From an uncultured Candidatus Binatia bacterium (GTDB lineage Bacteria; Desulfobacterota; Binatia; Bin18), in NCBI GenBank assembly GCA_965218395.1, contig OZ244620.1, forward strand, positions 1,669,268-1,733,267: a stretch of DNA of 64,000 nucleotides, read 5' to 3'. This document shows positions 56,981 to 64,000 of the stretch, one piece after another. Each line of letters opens with the position of its first letter. Positions within the stretch are counted from its first letter, which is position 1. The notes beneath the pieces are model-generated. The model saw nothing but the letters and a program-made list of their open reading frames with translations, was not told the origin of the DNA and ran no database searches. Position numbers and translations under genes: made by a program.

Positions 56981-57024
56981 AACGGGAGGCAGACCGGCTG
57001 ACGCGTCGCGCGGCCGGTCCGTGT

Positions 57025-58239
57025 CTAGGTCAGGATATCCTTCTCTCGGAGCGCGGCGATCTCGTCCTGACTCAGGCCGACGATGTCGGTCAGCACGGCA
57101 TCCGTGTCCTGGCCCAGGCAGGGCGCCGGACGCCGTATCTCACACGGTGTGCGGGACATGCTCCAGGGGATACCCATATGCCGGCGGGTGCCCACCTCGG
57201 GGTGCTCCAGTTCCACGAAATAGTCCCGCGCACCAACGTGTGGGTTGTTGACCATGTCAAGCGCGTCAAGCGACGGATAGGCGGGAATGCCGGCGTTCTG
57301 TAGCGCCTGGGTGGCCTCGTCCGCCGTGCGCTCCTGGGTCCAGGCGGTGACGATCTCTTCCAGCGCCGCCTCGTTTTCTTTCCGCGCGGCCAGGCTGGTA
57401 AAACGCGCGTCCGCACTGAGCGCGGGTTGGCCCATGACCTCACACAAGCGCTGCCATTCCGCCTCGTCCCGGACCGACAGGCTGACCCAGCGGTCGTCAC
57501 CCTTGGAGCGAAACACGCCGTGGGGGGCCATGTGGGGATCGCGATTGCCCATGCGTTCGGGTTGGCTGCCGTTCATGCTGTAGTCCATGACGGCTTCGGG
57601 CAGTAACATGATTGCCGCCTCCCACTGGGAGAGGTCGATATACTGGCCCTGGCCGGTTTTTTCACGGTGGAGCAAGGCGCTCATGACGGCAAAGGCAGCA
57701 TGGATGCCGCCGTTGGGGTCGCCATAGGAAAAACCGGCCATCATGGGCGGACCGCCGACATAGCCGGTCAGGGCCGACAGGCCGCTCTGGGCGACCTGCG
57801 GCGGACCATAGGACACAAAGTCTTTTTCCGGCCCGCTGGTTCCGTAGCCGGGTAGAGAGACCATGATGATGTCGGGTTTGATACGGCGCAGAACGTCATA
57901 GCCCACCCCGAGTTTGTCCATCACGCCCGAGGCAAAATTATTCATCACGATGTCGCTCTTTGAGACTAGCGTCTTCGCAATATCGATGGCTTCCGGGGCT
58001 TTCAGGTCCAGGGTGAGGGAGCGTTTGCCCTGGTTGTACTGGTTAAAATAGCCCGCCCGGTTTACGCCCGATTCGTTGTCCGGCCAGGGCGGAATAAGGC
58101 GTGACGGACATAAGCGTTTGGCGCTTTCGATCCGAATGACGTCCGCGCCCAGGTGGGCCAGTTGCAGGGTGCCATAGGGGCCGGCCCAGGCCCAGCAAAA
58201 GTCAACAACGCGGATTCCATCCAACGGCGGTCGGCTCAT
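57025..58239 (-). CDS. CoA-transferase family III (CaiB/BaiF) protein
   Basis: ORF 57025..58272; start MSRPPLDGIRVVDF with AAGGAG RBS; conserved Asp in the GDP..GG region. Confidence 0.85.
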   Translation of the reverse strand: MSRPPLDGIRVVDFCWAWAGPYGTLQLAHLGADVIRIESAKRLCPSRLIPPWPDNESGVNRAGYFNQYNQGKRSLTLDLKAPEAIDIAKTLVSKSDIVMNNFASGVMDKLGVGYDVLRRIKPDIIMVSLPGYGTSGPEKDFVSYGPPQVAQSGLSALTGYVGGPPMMAGFSYGDPNGGIHAAFAVMSALLHREKTGQGQYIDLSQWEAAIMLLPEAVMDYSMNGSQPERMGNRDPHMAPHGVFRSKGDDRWVSLSVRDEAEWQRLCEVMGQPALSADARFTSLAARKENEAALEEIVTAWTQERTADEATQALQNAGIPAYPSLDALDMVNNPHVGARDYFVELEHPEVGTRRHMGIPWSMSRTPCEIRRPAPCLGQDTDAVLTDIVGLSQDEIAALREKDILT

Positions 58240-58261
58240 GATTTTCTCCTTTTGCTTTCCC

Positions 58262-59467
58262 CTAAACAGCACCGGCTTGCCGAAGCGCGGCCAGGTCCTG
58301 GGCGGTCATGCCGAGTTCGGTATAGACCTCGGCGTTATGCTGTCCCAAACACGGCGCCGGACGGCGCAGTTCCCACGGGGTTTCCGAGCAGATATGGGGT
58401 GCGCCGGGATAGGTCAGGCGGCCGGCTTCGGGATGGTCGAGCTGGACAAAAAAGCCGCGGGCGTTGAGATGCTCGGAGTTCAGCAAATAGCCCATGGTCG
58501 AGACCGGAGCAAAGGGAATCCGGCGCGCCTGCGCCTTGAGGTATAAGTCCTGTACGGTGAAATCCTTGACCCAGTCCTGAATGAGCAGTTTGAGCGCGTC
58601 CCAGCTCTCGCCTCGCTTGAGTCGATCTTCGAAAAGAGGCTCGGCGGCCCACTCCGGATTGTCCATCAGATCGACAAACGAGTGCCAGTGATGCTCCTCC
58701 ACACAGCAGATGAAAATCCAGCCGTCTTTGCACTCCAACAGATCCAGCGGTTGAATCGGTTTATGCCCGAGCCGCGTCACCGCCATACCGGCATAGGCGG
58801 CCATCATGGTGCCGAACTCCGAGATGCCCATCAGGCATTCCTGAACGGAGAACTCGACGTGCTGGCCCAGCCCGTTACGCAGGCCGGCAAACAGTGCGCC
58901 GAGCGACGCCACCGCGGCATGCACCCCAGCCGTAAAGCCGGACTGCTGGCCAAAGGCCTTGAGCGGCGGGAGATGATCGCTGCCCGGCCCCCCGCCGTTC
59001 AGAAAGCACAGCCCGCCGGCATTCCACAGGGTGAGGTCAGACGCCTCATACTCGGTGTGCGGCCCCCTGAGGCCAAAAGGCGTGATGGAGGTCATGACCA
59101 GGCTGGGATTGAGGGCTGCCAGGCGGTCGTAGTCCAGACCAAGGGTCGGCATATGCTTGGGGTGGACATTATGGATAAGCAGGTCCGCGTCCTTGACGAG
59201 ACGCTGAAAGACCTCTTGGCCCTGGGGCTGTTCCAGGTCGAGCGTGATCCCGCGTTTATTGGTGTTCAGGAAAAGGTAGAGTCCGCTCTTTTCCGCGTGG
59301 GGCTTGCCGCCCGGAAACGGGCCGCGCTGCCGGGCCGCGTCTCCCCCGTGCGGCGACTCAATCTTAATGACTTCTGCGCCCATGTCGGCCATGAGCTTAC
59401 TGGCATAGGCGGCCGAGACCATCTCTCCGCATTCGATGATCCGAAAACCTGATAAGGCACCCGGCAT
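58262..59467 (-). CDS. CoA-transferase family III (CaiB/BaiF) protein, tandem paralogue
   Basis: MPGALSGFRIIECGEMVSAAYASKLMADMGAEVIKIE; AAGGAGGG RBS. Confidence 0.85.
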   Translation of the reverse strand: MPGALSGFRIIECGEMVSAAYASKLMADMGAEVIKIESPHGGDAARQRGPFPGGKPHAEKSGLYLFLNTNKRGITLDLEQPQGQEVFQRLVKDADLLIHNVHPKHMPTLGLDYDRLAALNPSLVMTSITPFGLRGPHTEYEASDLTLWNAGGLCFLNGGGPGSDHLPPLKAFGQQSGFTAGVHAAVASLGALFAGLRNGLGQHVEFSVQECLMGISEFGTMMAAYAGMAVTRLGHKPIQPLDLLECKDGWIFICCVEEHHWHSFVDLMDNPEWAAEPLFEDRLKRGESWDALKLLIQDWVKDFTVQDLYLKAQARRIPFAPVSTMGYLLNSEHLNARGFFVQLDHPEAGRLTYPGAPHICSETPWELRRPAPCLGQHNAEVYTELGMTAQDLAALRQAGAV

Positions 59468-59586
59468 ACTCCCTCCTTACTTTGCCGGCCGGATAGCTCC
59501 GACACGGCAGAGTCAGACTCTAGTAGGCCGCTGGTGTCACGTCAAGCTTGACTCCAGCCCGTGCACGCAGTACTCGTGGTGCGGAC

Positions 59587-59862
59587 ATGGAGCTGATCGA
59601 CATTTATTTGCGGGTTGAGCGGGCCGATATTGCGCTTATCAAATGTGTCATCGAGTCCTACGAAGAACTCGGCATTGTGCGCACGATTGACAATACCAAG
59701 GCTATTATCGTGCTCCTGATCGTGCCGGACTTTATCGAGCACGCCTGGGCCGCGCTCGAATCCCTGCGTCAGCATATGGACTGGCACCAGGTCCCCCGTC
59801 CGACCGCGTATGATGACTGGTTGATGGAGAAGATGCATCCGGAGACGACGGGCGCAGCGTAA
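59587..59862 (+). CDS. small DUF4911-like protein
   Basis: ORF 59548..59862; start MELIDIYLRVERADIALIKCVIESYEELGIVRT. Assignment by recalled family pattern only. Confidence 0.45.
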   Translation: MELIDIYLRVERADIALIKCVIESYEELGIVRTIDNTKAIIVLLIVPDFIEHAWAALESLRQHMDWHQVPRPTAYDDWLMEKMHPETTGAA

Positions 59863-59910
59863 GGCGGGTCCTCGGCCCCACCAACTCCGTGTCTCCCTAC
59901 CCGATCGACT

Positions 59911-60156
59911 ATGGCCAAACGCTCCGAGTGGGTCACCGCAAGTGAAATCGGCACCTACGTCTATTGCGAGGAAGCCTGGCGGCTGACGCATGGACTCAAA
60001 ATCCCGCCGGGCAATATGCGAGCGCTCCGCCGGGGCACGGAAACACACGCCGCCTGGCAACGGGTCGAACGCCGGACCGCCCGGCTCATGCGCGCCGCCC
60101 TCATTGTGGCGGCCATCGCCCTGGCCTGCATCCTGCTGCGTGCATACCTATTGTGA
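59911..60156 (+). CDS. Cas4/DUF83-like PD-(D/E)xK nuclease, N-terminal piece (first Cys motif YVYCEEAWRL, GTETH)
   Basis: Ends in TGATG, overlapping the start of the next ORF; C-terminal hydrophobic stretch. Confidence 0.45.
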   Translation: MAKRSEWVTASEIGTYVYCEEAWRLTHGLKIPPGNMRALRRGTETHAAWQRVERRTARLMRAALIVAAIALACILLRAYLL

Positions 60157-60641
60157 TGGTCATCCTGACGCTGCTGCTCAGCCTGTCCGTCCTGCTCTTT
60201 GTCGTCGCCCTCATAGGCCGCCGCCGGGCCGGCTTTGGCTCCGGCAGGACCATCAGCCACGATGACGTGCGGCTGTCTTCCGAGCGCTATATGCTCCGCG
60301 GGCAACCGGATCGCATTGTCCAACGCGGTCGATATTTTATTCCGGAAGAAAAGAAGTCCGGACGACAGATGAACGAGAGCTATCAAGCCCAACTCGGGGT
60401 ATACCTGGTGCTGGTCGAAGAAGAGTACGGCGTCCGGCCCCCCTACGGCTTCATCATTTTGAGAGACGGCGAGCGGGTCAAGGTAAAAAACACGCGCCGG
60501 CTGCGTGCGCGGGTGATTGGTATTGCCGAACACATTCGAGGGCATCGGCAGCAACTCGACGCACCCCTCTCCCCACCCGCCACGCCAGCCAAGTGCCGAA
60601 ACTGTAGCCAGCGTCAGAATTGCGAGCAACGCTTGGTGTGA
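60156..60641 (+). CDS. Cas4/DUF83-like nuclease, C-terminal piece (GQPDRIV, IPEEKKSG, QLGVYLVLVEEEYG, C-terminal CRNCSQRQNC)
   Basis: ORF 59964..60641; internal M at 60156. D...ExK and QxxxY motifs plus a Cx2Cx5C cluster. Confidence 0.5.
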   Translation: MVILTLLLSLSVLLFVVALIGRRRAGFGSGRTISHDDVRLSSERYMLRGQPDRIVQRGRYFIPEEKKSGRQMNESYQAQLGVYLVLVEEEYGVRPPYGFIILRDGERVKVKNTRRLRARVIGIAEHIRGHRQQLDAPLSPPATPAKCRNCSQRQNCEQRLV

Positions 60642-60662
60642 GAGTAGCCTGAGGTTTCCCTC

Positions 60663-60992
60663 TTATACCGAGACCCGGTGGGTGTGAGTACGTGGCCGGG
60701 TCGTCACCGTGACCTCTACCTCCTGATCGAGCTTGTTCAAGATAGTCATCAGGCGATCCACCGTAAAACGAGTGAGCTTGGCGTTACGGACACGGGAGAA
60801 CTCGCTTGCCGCGACCCCGGTTAATTGTTGGGCTTTCCGAACAGACAGGCTCCGGTCATCCAGAATACCGATGATCTGAGCCGCTAGTATGCTCTTGAGC
60901 TGTAAAATATCGGCTTGCGGATCATCGAAGTCACGAAATACATTCCCACTACCGTGAACCAGTTCGAGTGCTTCCCCACGTGCTTTGCTCAT
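60663..60992 (-). CDS. HigA2-like XRE-HTH antitoxin (SGNVFRDFDDP... type)
   Basis: 4-nt overlap with the upstream toxin gene; paralogue at 61400-61753. Confidence 0.7.
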   Translation of the reverse strand: MSKARGEALELVHGSGNVFRDFDDPQADILQLKSILAAQIIGILDDRSLSVRKAQQLTGVAASEFSRVRNAKLTRFTVDRLMTILNKLDQEVEVTVTTRPRTHTHRVSV

Positions 60993-61336
60993 CGTAACAT
61001 CTCCTTCAGGCGTTTGAGCCGCGTTCGGATTACATCAATTTCGGCCTTCGGGGTCTTCAGGCCGGTCTTAGATTTTTTCTGAAAAGCATGGACAACCCAT
61101 ATCGCTTCCCCAATCTGGACGGCATAGACCACCCGGTAGGCATCTGAGCGGTATGCGAGTGCGACTTCGAACACGCCAGAGCCCAGACCTTTCACAGGCA
61201 TGGCCGTATCGGCTTTACGCCCTTCTGCTGCTAGAGTCAGAGCGATTTCAATTTCTCGTCTCGCTCCGAGTGGAAATTTTTCAAATTCCTTACGGGCGGC
61301 CTTGATCCAGGAGAGCCTACGGCTGTCTCTGACCAT
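60989..61336 (-). CDS. RelE/ParE-superfamily toxin (HigB/Gp49-like)
   Basis: GVFEVALAYRSDAYRVVYAVQIGEAIWVVHAFQKKSKTGLKTPKAEIDVIRTRLKRL. Confidence 0.7.
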   Translation of the reverse strand: MVRDSRRLSWIKAARKEFEKFPLGARREIEIALTLAAEGRKADTAMPVKGLGSGVFEVALAYRSDAYRVVYAVQIGEAIWVVHAFQKKSKTGLKTPKAEIDVIRTRLKRLKEMLR

Positions 61337-61399
61337 TTCTTAATGTTGGTAAATTTATCAACACCTGTCAACTCTGGCGTTGTGGAAGGCAGGCGGAAA

Positions 61400-61753
61400 A
61401 TGACACGAACAAAAAGCGCGACGAACTCCATTGCATATGAAGAGAGTAGCGGCAACGTCTTTGCGGACATTGGGCTACCCAACCCAGAGGAACATCTGGC
61501 CAAGGCGGAGCTTGCCTTTCAAATCTGCCAGATAATCCGGGCACGGAAGCTCACCCAGGTCAAAGCGGCCAAGCTGCTCGGTATCAAGCAGCCGAATGTT
61601 TCTGCCCTCATGAAAGGCCATTTGGATGGTTTCTCGGCGGAACGCTTGTTTCGCTTTCTCAATAAGCTGGATAAGTCTATTGAGATTGTTATCAAGGACA
61701 AGCCGCGTCGGGCCAAGCAGGCCGATGTACGTGTTGTCGTGGATGCCGTGTAG
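61400..61753 (+). CDS. HigA2-like antitoxin paralogue (SGNVFADIGLPNPEE...), no cognate toxin adjacent
   Basis: ORF 61343..61753; start MTRTKS. Alignable with the 60663..60992 product over ~85 aa. Confidence 0.6.
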   Translation: MTRTKSATNSIAYEESSGNVFADIGLPNPEEHLAKAELAFQICQIIRARKLTQVKAAKLLGIKQPNVSALMKGHLDGFSAERLFRFLNKLDKSIEIVIKDKPRRAKQADVRVVVDAV

Positions 61754-61762
61754 CGATTCCTC

Positions 61763-62071
61763 TTGGGTGGGCCTGCAATGCCAAACAACATGCGACCGAT
61801 TCACCCAGGTGAGCATCTCCGGGAGGAGCTTGAGGAGTTAGGACTTTCTGCGCGGGCTTTTGCGCAGGCCCTGCGTGTCCCAACGAATCGTATCACGGCT
61901 ATTTTAAATGCACGGCGCACAGTGACAGCCGATACGGCCTTACGGTTAGCTCGCTACTTTGGGACCTCGGCCGAATTTTGGCTCAATCTCCAAAGCGCCT
62001 ATGATCTCCGCCGCACCCGTCAAGCCGTCGGGAAACAAATCGAGCGGGATGTCGTTCCACACGCCGCCTGA
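61763..62071 (+). CDS. higA: HigA/VapI-type HTH antitoxin (XRE family)
   Basis: MRPIHPGEHLREELEELGLSARAFAQALRVPTNRITAILNARRTVTADTALRLARYFGTSAEFWLNLQSAYDL, a canonical HigA sequence. Confidence 0.7.
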   Translation: MGGPAMPNNMRPIHPGEHLREELEELGLSARAFAQALRVPTNRITAILNARRTVTADTALRLARYFGTSAEFWLNLQSAYDLRRTRQAVGKQIERDVVPHAA

Positions 62072-62121
62072 GCGACTAGGCATCTTATCTCGCCTGAAAA
62101 CACCGGCCTATCAAAAAGCTG

Positions 62122-62889
62122 TTACTCGTCCTCATTCTCCACCTCTGCCCCCTTATCCGCTCCTTCCTTTTTTCCAAACACATAGGCCACCCCGATACTG
62201 AGCACATACAGCAGGAGCAGCGGGACGGCGAGGAGCATTTGGGAGATCGCGTCGGGCGGAGTGAGGATGGCGGCCAGGATGAATACGCCGACCGCGGCAT
62301 AACGGAATGCACCAATGAGGGTCTGGTGGGTGATGAGTCCCACGCGTGCAAAGAAAAAGGCGAAGACGGGCAGTTCAAACGTGACCCCAAAGGCGAGCAG
62401 CGTTCTGGCCGTGAAGGTCAGATATTCGCTGATTTTTAGGGTGGCCTGTACCCCGATGCTGCGGAACTCTCCCAGGAAAAACGCATACGCAATCGGTAGG
62501 ACGACGGTATAACAAAAGCCGGCCCCCAGCACGAAAAAAAATGAACAGAATATGACAAACGGCCAGACGTAGCGGCGTTCCTGCGGGTATAAGCCTGGGG
62601 CAACGAACTGCCAGAGCTGGTAGAAAATAGCGGGACTGGCGCCAAAGAGCGCCGCAATAAAAGCCACCTTGATTTTTGTAAAGAATGCCTCGGTCGGGCT
62701 GGTGCCAATCAGAGCATGGGGATCGGTCGTTATGTGATGGAGGGGCTGAGCGAGAAAATCAAACAGCACATTGGCAAAGAAATAGGCCGGAAGAAAGACA
62801 ATGAAGATGGCAAGCAAAGACCGAATGAGGCGGTTGCGCAACTCATCCAGATGGCCGGTGAGCGGCATGGACCGGTCGTCATAGACCAT
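62122..62889 (-). CDS. tatC: Sec-independent protein translocase TatC
   Basis: Six-TM TatC with LTGHLDELRNRL start motif. Confidence 0.9.
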   Translation of the reverse strand: MVYDDRSMPLTGHLDELRNRLIRSLLAIFIVFLPAYFFANVLFDFLAQPLHHITTDPHALIGTSPTEAFFTKIKVAFIAALFGASPAIFYQLWQFVAPGLYPQERRYVWPFVIFCSFFFVLGAGFCYTVVLPIAYAFFLGEFRSIGVQATLKISEYLTFTARTLLAFGVTFELPVFAFFFARVGLITHQTLIGAFRYAAVGVFILAAILTPPDAISQMLLAVPLLLLYVLSIGVAYVFGKKEGADKGAEVENEDE

Positions 62890-62892
62890 GTC

Positions 62893-63195
62893 CTAGTTGT
62901 CCCCTCCAGTGCTCTCTTTTTTTTCTGTTGTCTCTGAAGACTGTGTCGAGGCGGAAGGGGGAGCAGGCGGCATGGCCGTGGGGTTCGTCCGCGCGTTGCG
63001 TTCGGCGGCGCGCACTTCTTCGTCCAGCATGATCTGGGCATTGTCGAGCTCTTCGGTGATGCCGCTCGTTGCCCGGCGCAATTCGGCAAAGGCTTTGCCC
63101 AAACCACGCGCCGCTTCGGGCAGGCGCTTGGGGCCGAGGACGATCAGCGCCACGACCATAATGACCACCAATTCCGGCATCCCGATTCCAAACAT
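62893..63195 (-). CDS. tatA: twin-arginine translocase TatA/E-family protein
   Basis: ORF 62893..63240; start MFGIGMPELVVIMVVALIVLGPKRLPE (TatA TM plus hinge/amphipathic helix). Confidence 0.8.
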   Translation of the reverse strand: MFGIGMPELVVIMVVALIVLGPKRLPEAARGLGKAFAELRRATSGITEELDNAQIMLDEEVRAAERNARTNPTAMPPAPPSASTQSSETTEKKESTGGDN

Positions 63196-63264
63196 ATTTG
63201 CCTCTCGGGCTACGGTAGTATAATCGAAAAACTGGCGCAAGTTATGGCCGGTAAGGAGCGATCA

Positions 63265-64000
63265 ATGCTACAGACAGGCATCGTGCTGGACGCACGCTAT
63301 CAAGACCACAACCCCGGTCCGGGTCATCCGGAACGGGCGGAGCGGATCGGCGCCTTACTCAGCCGTTTCGCGTCCTATGAACGCGACGGGTTGAAACGGT
63401 TTGACCCCAGACGGGCGACGCATGAAGAGATCGCCTTGGTCCACGACACCAGCCTGATTGGTCAGGTCGCCGCCTCTGCCGGTCTCGAAGCCGCGGCCTT
63501 TGACGCGGATACGCGCGTGTCCGCGCAGTCGTATGAGACGGCCCTGCTCGCCACCGGTGGTCTGTTGACCCTTCTGGATGCCGTCATGGAGCGCGAAGTG
63601 GACAACGGGTTCGCCTTGGTGCGACCGCCCGGTCATCATGCCGAACGCAACCGGGCGATGGGCTTTTGTCTCTTCAACAGCGTTGCGGTTGGGGCGCAGT
63701 ATCTGCGGGAACGGTTTGGGCTGAGCCGGATTCTGGTGATGGACTGGGACCTGCACCACGGTAATGGCACCCAGCACAGTTTCTACGACGACCCTGGCGT
63801 ACTGTATCTCTCGACCCATCAATATCCGTACTACCCCGGCACGGGGGCCGCTGAGGAAGCCGGCCAAGGCAGCGGCGCGGGCTATACCGTCAATCTGCCG
63901 CTCAGCGCCGGCTGGGGAGATGCCGCCATTGTGCCGCTCTTTGAAGAGGTGATTGATCCTATTTGCTGGCAGTTTCAGCCCGAGTTTGTGTTGATCTCGG
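63265..64000 (+). CDS. histone deacetylase-family protein (AcuC/AphA-like), 3'-truncated by the window edge
   Basis: AAGGAG RBS; HDAC motifs RPPGHHA, DWDLHHGNGTQ. Confidence 0.8.
   Translation, partial: MLQTGIVLDARYQDHNPGPGHPERAERIGALLSRFASYERDGLKRFDPRRATHEEIALVHDTSLIGQVAASAGLEAAAFDADTRVSAQSYETALLATGGLLTLLDAVMEREVDNGFALVRPPGHHAERNRAMGFCLFNSVAVGAQYLRERFGLSRILVMDWDLHHGNGTQHSFYDDPGVLYLSTHQYPYYPGTGAAEEAGQGSGAGYTVNLPLSAGWGDAAIVPLFEEVIDPICWQFQPEFVLIS

Overview
High-GC (~60-65%) bacterial chromosomal segment, with housekeeping operons interrupted by lower-GC accessory DNA. Core genes: ilvE, moeA, purE, murF, cca; a complete minus-strand phosphate regulon oprP-pstSCAB-phoU-phoB-phoR with long-form PstA/PstC; recR-ybaB-dnaX; SRP RNA next to tRNA-Ser; tRNA-Asn; a nuo (complex I) operon containing only nuoA-C-D-E-H-J-K-L-M-N; cobS, a LysR regulator, panE, an amidohydrolase with two family-III CoA-transferases, tatA-tatC, and a partial HDAC-like gene. 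Accessory content: (i) a ~3.6 kb lower-GC islet at the moeA 3' end, flanked by 66-bp direct repeats that duplicate the moeA C-terminus; (ii) an IS5-family IS (IS427-like OrfAB with an A8 -1 frameshift site, CTAG duplication); (iii) a ~10 kb defence island next to tRNA-Asn with VapBC, an M48/DUF45 peptidase, hsdR, an embedded HigB-like toxin/XRE antitoxin pair between hsdS and hsdR, hsdS, a long-form hsdM and an MNT-type nucleotidyltransferase; (iv) a ~1,060-aa surface adhesin-like protein with Ig-like repeats, a cadherin repeat, FN3, a eukaryote-type SRCR domain and a cadherin-like beta-sandwich, split by a 1-nt frame break; (v) further TA modules (YefM with a frameshifted YoeB, HigB/HigA2, orphan antitoxins) and a Cas4-like nuclease split into two overlapping ORFs. 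Two dispersed repeat families are prominent. One is a ~55-bp palindrome (17-bp arms AAAGAGTAAACGTGTCC) found 5 times, always in short intergenic gaps just upstream of minus-strand gene starts. The other is a GAGTC(C/T)TTG / CCCAACAGACTCAA / CCCAATAGACC family present in-frame inside dnaX, as the C-terminal tail of nuoM, and between nuoJ and nuoK. A ~190-bp inverted repeat brackets the oprP porin gene. All coordinates derived by hand carry roughly +/-2 nt uncertainty; no database searches were run.
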